Shown: in pieces, positions 34,487-38,695 of the stretch | Layout: the number at the start of each line of letters is the position of its first letter | Position numbering within the stretch: the first letter of the stretch is position 1 | Origin: Candidatus Sumerlaeia bacterium | GTDB lineage: Bacteria > Sumerlaeota > Sumerlaeia > SLMS01 > JANRJK01 | Assembly: GCA_033764015.1 (NCBI GenBank) | Contig: JANRJK010000044.1 | Span: forward strand, 1 to 38,695 | Reading direction: 5' to 3' | Length of the DNA: 38,695 nt | Made by a program: the position numbers and the translations under genes | The notes under the pieces: generated by a model | Databases searched by the model: none | The model's input: only the letters and a program-made list of their open reading frames with translations | What the model was told of the DNA's origin: nothing

Positions 34487-35769
34487 GCCTTCAGCGTCCC
34501 GGAGATTCGCGCCAGCCAGATCGCGCCGATCATGTCGCCCGTCACGTTCACGCAGGTGCGCAGGTGGTCGAGCGGGCGGTCCACCACGATGATGAGCGCC
34601 ATGAGTTCGAGCGGGAGGCCGAGCGCCTTGAACACGATCACCATGGTGACGAGGCCGGCCTGCGGGATGCCCGCCGCGCCGACCGCCGCGAGCGTGGCGG
34701 TGAAGAAGACGATGAACTGCTGCTGGAGGCCGAGCTCGAGGCCGACGAGTTGCGCGATGAACATCGCCGCGACCGCCTCGTACAGGGCGGTCCCGTCCAT
34801 GTTGATGGTCGCTCCGAGCGGCGCCACCAGGTCCGCGGATTTCTTGTCCACGCCGGCGTTTTCGACCAGGCAGCGCATCGTGACGGGAAGCGTGGCGTTG
34901 GACGAGGCGGAGGCGAGCGCCATCAGGTGTGCCTCGCGCATGGTGGAGAAGAACCGCCCGACGGGGAATCGCGCCAGGAACCGGACCAGCAGCGGATAGA
35001 CCACGAAGAAGTGGGTGAGCAGCCCCGCGACGACGGTCAGGAAGTACTTTGCGAGCGGCCTCAGCACATCGGGCCCGAGGCCCAGCAGCACCTTCGACGC
35101 GAGCGCGAACACGCCGAGGGGCGCCAGCCACACGACGACACCGACCATCTTCATCAGGGCGGACTCCATCGCGGAGAAGAAGTGGGCCGCCGGCCTACCC
35201 GATTCGCCGCAGAGCAGGATCGCGACGCCGAGGAACATCGAGAAGAAGACCACCGCGATCAGGTTCGCCTCCGCGAGCGCCTTGAACGGGTTCATGAGGA
35301 TGTTGCCGACCTGGGTTGAGAGGAACTCGCCCATGGTCGAGGGGGCTGTGAGCGCGATCTTGCCCTGTGTGGCGGCGGCGCCCGCGTAGCTCTCCGGCGG
35401 CAGAAGCGCGATCAGCGCGTCGGGGTCCAACCCCTTCCCGGGCTGGACCAGATTCGTATAGATCATTCCGATGAGGACCGCGACGAAGCTGGTGAAGGCG
35501 AAGAACACCAGCACCTTTCCCAGTTTGCCGCCCAGTTCCGACGCGCCGTCCAAGTTCGCGACGCCCGCCGTGACCGAGAAGAGGACGATGGGCACCACGA
35601 CCATCTGCAGCGCGCGCAGGAAGATCGTGCCGAAAATCTCGATGGCGCCGATGAAGCTCGCGATGGCGGGGCTGCCGGTGAACTGTCCCGCGAGGCCGAG
35701 CGCGATCCCGCCGAGGATCCCGGCGGCGAGCGAGATGGTGAGGTTGCGCGGCGTGAAGAGTCCGGCCAA
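34483..35769 (-). CDS. Dicarboxylate/amino acid:cation symporter (DAACS, GltP-like)
   Basis: FLRALQMVVVP, SASSNATLP, GATINMDGTALY, GAAGIP and DRPLDHLRT; GGAG before the TTG start. Confidence 0.95.
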   Translation of the reverse strand: MAGLFTPRNLTISLAAGILGGIALGLAGQFTGSPAIASFIGAIEIFGTIFLRALQMVVVPIVLFSVTAGVANLDGASELGGKLGKVLVFFAFTSFVAVLIGMIYTNLVQPGKGLDPDALIALLPPESYAGAAATQGKIALTAPSTMGEFLSTQVGNILMNPFKALAEANLIAVVFFSMFLGVAILLCGESGRPAAHFFSAMESALMKMVGVVVWLAPLGVFALASKVLLGLGPDVLRPLAKYFLTVVAGLLTHFFVVYPLLVRFLARFPVGRFFSTMREAHLMALASASSNATLPVTMRCLVENAGVDKKSADLVAPLGATINMDGTALYEAVAAMFIAQLVGLELGLQQQFIVFFTATLAAVGAAGIPQAGLVTMVIVFKALGLPLELMALIIVVDRPLDHLRTCVNVTGDMIGAIWLARISGTLKA

Positions 35770-35860
35770 GTTGCGCTCCGACCGCCCGGGTTTGGAGTTT
35801 CGGCGGCATGGCGTAGCGTGGTTGCGCCGGTCCGCACCGGCAACCGCAAAGGCCCGGCGG

Positions 35861-37648
35861 CTACTCGGCCGCGGGCAGGTAGGCGGAGGCGGGGAAGCGC
35901 GCGCGCAGCTCCGCCTCCGAGGCGGCCGCGGCGGCGGGATCGCCCATCGCGCGGTGCGCGGCGGCGCGCGCGAACAGCGTCAACTCCTCCGCGCGGGGAC
36001 GCAGCCGCGTCGGCAGCTCCTCTAGCTCGAGGTCCGCGAGCGCGAGCACGCGCTCCGGGTCCGGGGGGAGCGCGCCGCGCTCGAGATCGGTCGCCAGCTC
36101 GGCGAGCGCGTAGTAGGCGTCGAGGGCGCGTCCGCGGCGGGCGTCGGCGACGGCGGCGCGCTGCGACTCGGTGAGTTCCAAGCCGGCGCCGCGGGCCTCC
36201 TCCGCCAGCGCCAGCGCGCGGTCGAAGCTGCGCGCGGCGAGCGCCTCGGAGAGCCGCGTGTCGAAACTTGCCCGCTCCGCGCGGTCCTGCTCCGCCTCGA
36301 GGGCGGACGCCTCCGCGGCGACACCGGGGGGGATCACCGGCATGCGGTCCAGTTCGCGGGAGAGCGCGCGGAACAGCGCGCCGTCGCCGGAGTCCGCCGC
36401 GGCGCGCATCCGAGCGAGCAGCTCCTCCGCTTCGCGCGCGGCGAGTTCGATGCGCAGCGCCTCGACGTCCGCGCGGCGCCCGGCGGTTTCCGAGAGCGAC
36501 TCGGCGCGGGCCAGCTCCGCTTCGACGGCCGCGCGTCCGTCGCCGCGCGCGAGCGCCTGCGCGGCGCGGGCGAGCGCGCTCCGGAGGCCGTCCTGCGCCG
36601 CCATGCGCAGCGTCTCCTCCAGCCGCGCGCGGTCCGCGGCGGCGAGGCCCGACGCGCCGCCGTGCGCCAGGAGCCGCTCCGCCTCGCGGATGCGCTCGGG
36701 GTCCGCCTCGCCGGCGAGCAGCGAATCGACCTGCGCTTCGAGGCGCTCGCGGAGACGTTGCGCGAGCTCCGCCCGGAGCGCCTCCGCGCCCGCCGCGTCG
36801 CTGGTCACGGCGGCGAAGCGCTCGACGGCGCGCTCGACCTCGCGCGTGGCGGCGCTGTCGAGCGGCTTTGCGAGCAGTTCGCGCACGCGGGCTTCGAGGA
36901 CGGAGCGCACGGCGGCGCGGGAGCGGGCCACGCTTTCGCGCCCGCGCTCCGTGGGCTGCGCCGATTCGAGCTCGCGCAGCGTCTCCTCGGCGGCTTCGAA
37001 GGCGCCCGCGGAGATGCTGGCGGTGGCGGCGTCGAGGAAGCGGCGCTCGACCGCGGCGATGGAGGCGTCGAGGAACGCGGCGCTCTGCTCGAGGCGCTTC
37101 CGGGGGAGCGGGCGCGGCAGGCCGTCCAGGGCGCGGTCCGCCGCCGCGAGGTTGCGCGAGGCGAAGTCGCTCCAGGCGGCTTGCAAGGTGAGTTCGGCGC
37201 GCGAGGGCCGGGCGGCCCAGAAGGCGCCCGCGGACACCAGCAGCACCAGCGCGGCGGCGCCCGCGAGCAGCATCGGCGCGCGGCGGGCGGCGGGCACCGC
37301 GCGGGCCAGCGCGCCCGCGTTCGTAAGGTATGTGTGCGCGCGGGCGAGCGTCGGCTCCAGCGCGAGCGCCTCGTCCCAGGAGCGGCGCGCCTCGTCCTCG
37401 CGCCCGAGCCGCAGCAGCAGCGCGCCGCGCAGCACGTAGGCCTCGGCGAACTTCGCGTTGAGCAGCAGCGCCTCGTCCAGCTCGCCCATGGCATTGCGGA
37501 GCTGGTCGCGCTCGATGTACTCGGTGGCCTTGTTGTAGTGGTTGCGCGCGCTGTTGACGATGAGGCGCAGCAGTCGCAAGTCGCGCCCGCAGTGGTAGCA
37601 CGTCGCGCGGTCTTCGCGGTTCGTCGTGTCGCAGGCGGGGCAGCGCAT
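35861..37648 (-). CDS. Zn-ribbon/TPR membrane protein (595 aa)
   Basis: CPAC...CYHC, TPR helices, one TM segment and a long helical C-terminal region. Confidence 0.8.
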   Translation of the reverse strand: MRCPACDTTNREDRATCYHCGRDLRLLRLIVNSARNHYNKATEYIERDQLRNAMGELDEALLLNAKFAEAYVLRGALLLRLGREDEARRSWDEALALEPTLARAHTYLTNAGALARAVPAARRAPMLLAGAAALVLLVSAGAFWAARPSRAELTLQAAWSDFASRNLAAADRALDGLPRPLPRKRLEQSAAFLDASIAAVERRFLDAATASISAGAFEAAEETLRELESAQPTERGRESVARSRAAVRSVLEARVRELLAKPLDSAATREVERAVERFAAVTSDAAGAEALRAELAQRLRERLEAQVDSLLAGEADPERIREAERLLAHGGASGLAAADRARLEETLRMAAQDGLRSALARAAQALARGDGRAAVEAELARAESLSETAGRRADVEALRIELAAREAEELLARMRAAADSGDGALFRALSRELDRMPVIPPGVAAEASALEAEQDRAERASFDTRLSEALAARSFDRALALAEEARGAGLELTESQRAAVADARRGRALDAYYALAELATDLERGALPPDPERVLALADLELEELPTRLRPRAEELTLFARAAAHRAMGDPAAAAASEAELRARFPASAYLPAAE

Positions 37649-37658
37649 ATCGGGTGGC

Positions 37659-38252
37659 TCAGGCGGCCGGGGCGGCCGGTCCGGGCTTGGGCTTCAGGTG
37701 GCCGGCCAGTTCGCGCCAGACGACGATCGCCGCGCCCACGCAGATCGCCGAGTCCGCGACGTTGAAGATCGGCCAGTGGTGGTCGCGCCAGTACGCGTGG
37801 AAGAAGTCCACGACGAAGCCGCGCACCAGGCGGTCGATCACGTTGCCGATGGCGCCGCTGAGGATGAGCGCGATGGCGCCGCGCGCCCACTTCTCGCCCG
37901 CCGGCAGCGTGTACCAGAACCAGCCGAGCATCGCCGACACCGCGAGGCTCACGAGCGCGAGCAGCTCCGGATGCCCCGACATGATCGAGAACGCCGCGCC
38001 GGTGTTCTCCGCGTAGGTGAGGTTGAAGAAGCCCGGGATGAGCACGATCGACTCGTGGGGGAACCCGGGCACGGGCTTGAGGTCGGACTCCGCCCAGAAC
38101 TTGGTCGCATGGTCGACGATGAAGCCGACGAGGAAAATCGCGGCGGACGCGCGCCAAAACGCGAATCCGCCCGCGGGCGCCTCGGCGGAAGCGGCGGCGG
38201 CATCGGCGGACGAAGGGGTCGGGGGGCTCTGCGGCGTGCTCTGCGGTTCCAT
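37659..38252 (-). CDS. lspA: Lipoprotein signal peptidase II
   Basis: DHATK, NTGAAFS, GAIGNVIDR, VVDF and WPIFNVADSAI; start uncertain (38252 or 38267). Confidence 0.95.
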   Translation of the reverse strand: MEPQSTPQSPPTPSSADAAAASAEAPAGGFAFWRASAAIFLVGFIVDHATKFWAESDLKPVPGFPHESIVLIPGFFNLTYAENTGAAFSIMSGHPELLALVSLAVSAMLGWFWYTLPAGEKWARGAIALILSGAIGNVIDRLVRGFVVDFFHAYWRDHHWPIFNVADSAICVGAAIVVWRELAGHLKPKPGPAAPAA

Positions 38253-38367
38253 GGGCTCGCGCCGCATCGCGGCGGCAGCCCCACAGCATGGGGCGGGTGG
38301 GAAGGATGCCAAGGGAAACGGGGGAGGACGGGGCTGGCGGGCGTGGGCCGTGCGGGGGTGGGACCGC

Positions 38368-38561
38368 TGACTTCATTGACCCGATTGGTGGGGAGAGGTG
38401 CGGCCGTTTGGTCTCACGCGAAAACGCGAATGCGCGCAGGAGAGACGAAATGAGTGTGTGCTCGATGCGGTGGCCTCGCGGGCCCGGGGTGACGGCGTTG
38501 ACATCATTGACCTGGTTGGTGCGGAGAGGTGCGGCCGGTTGGTCTCATGCGAGGACGCGAA
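38368..38561. repeat. Two-copy 63-bp direct repeat (38368-38430 and 38499-38561)
   Basis: Hand alignment gives 55/63 identity with a 131-bp period; the second copy ends at the IS boundary. Confidence 0.9.
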
Positions 38562-38695
38562 GATGGTGTGTTCCTCACGCAAGGTTTTTTGCGTCCTCCC
38601 GGTCGTTGTTTTCCACAGGCTCTTCGTAGTCTTTCCCGCCCACGACGAGGGCCCTCATGAGGATGAGTTGCTTGCGCATGAGGGCTCCGAGGGCG
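38561..38695 (-). mobile_element. Right end of an IS110-family insertion sequence (continues off the window)
   Basis: Transposase C-terminus followed by a short end TTGCGTGAGGAACACACCATCT finishing in a CT core, similar to IS621-type ends. Confidence 0.75.
38575..38695 (-). CDS. IS110-family transposase, C-terminal 39 aa (partial)
   Basis: Hand translation ALGALMRKQLILMRALVVGGKDYEEPVENNDREDAKNLA* matches the IS110 'A-x-MRKL' terminal helix. Confidence 0.75.
   Translation of the reverse strand, partial: ALGALMRKQLILMRALVVGGKDYEEPVENNDREDAKNLA

Noticed and set aside
38368..38561. Possible CRISPR array
   Set aside because: Only two copies, 63 bp long with 8 mismatches, a 68-bp spacer and no cas genes.

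Overview
High-GC (about 70% by eye) bacterial chromosomal segment with about 30 credible protein genes and two tRNAs. Most long ORFs in the supplied track are shadow frames, and several real starts lie downstream of the track's starts. The left end (1-5386, minus strand) is a six-gene operon: 2Fe-2S ferredoxin, V4R protein, WDG-repeat protein, a second V4R protein, Ser/Thr kinase with a probable beta-propeller, and a degenerate ParA/MinD-like ATPase running off the window. From recall, it closely resembles the cyanobacterial slr0144-slr0152 ('PAP') operon, yet no photosynthesis gene is visible here, and it is the best candidate for an undescribed system. Other notable items are a tRNA-Leu with the rare AAG anticodon, an agmatine-deiminase homologue lacking its catalytic His/Asp, a probable S-layer-like protein, a low-GC two-gene island (trypsin-like protease plus lipoprotein) beside an amber-interrupted Zn-ribbon ORF, and the right end of an IS110-family element inserted into one copy of a 63-bp direct repeat. 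The rest is housekeeping, metabolism and signalling. All family calls come from reading motifs by eye; no searches were run.
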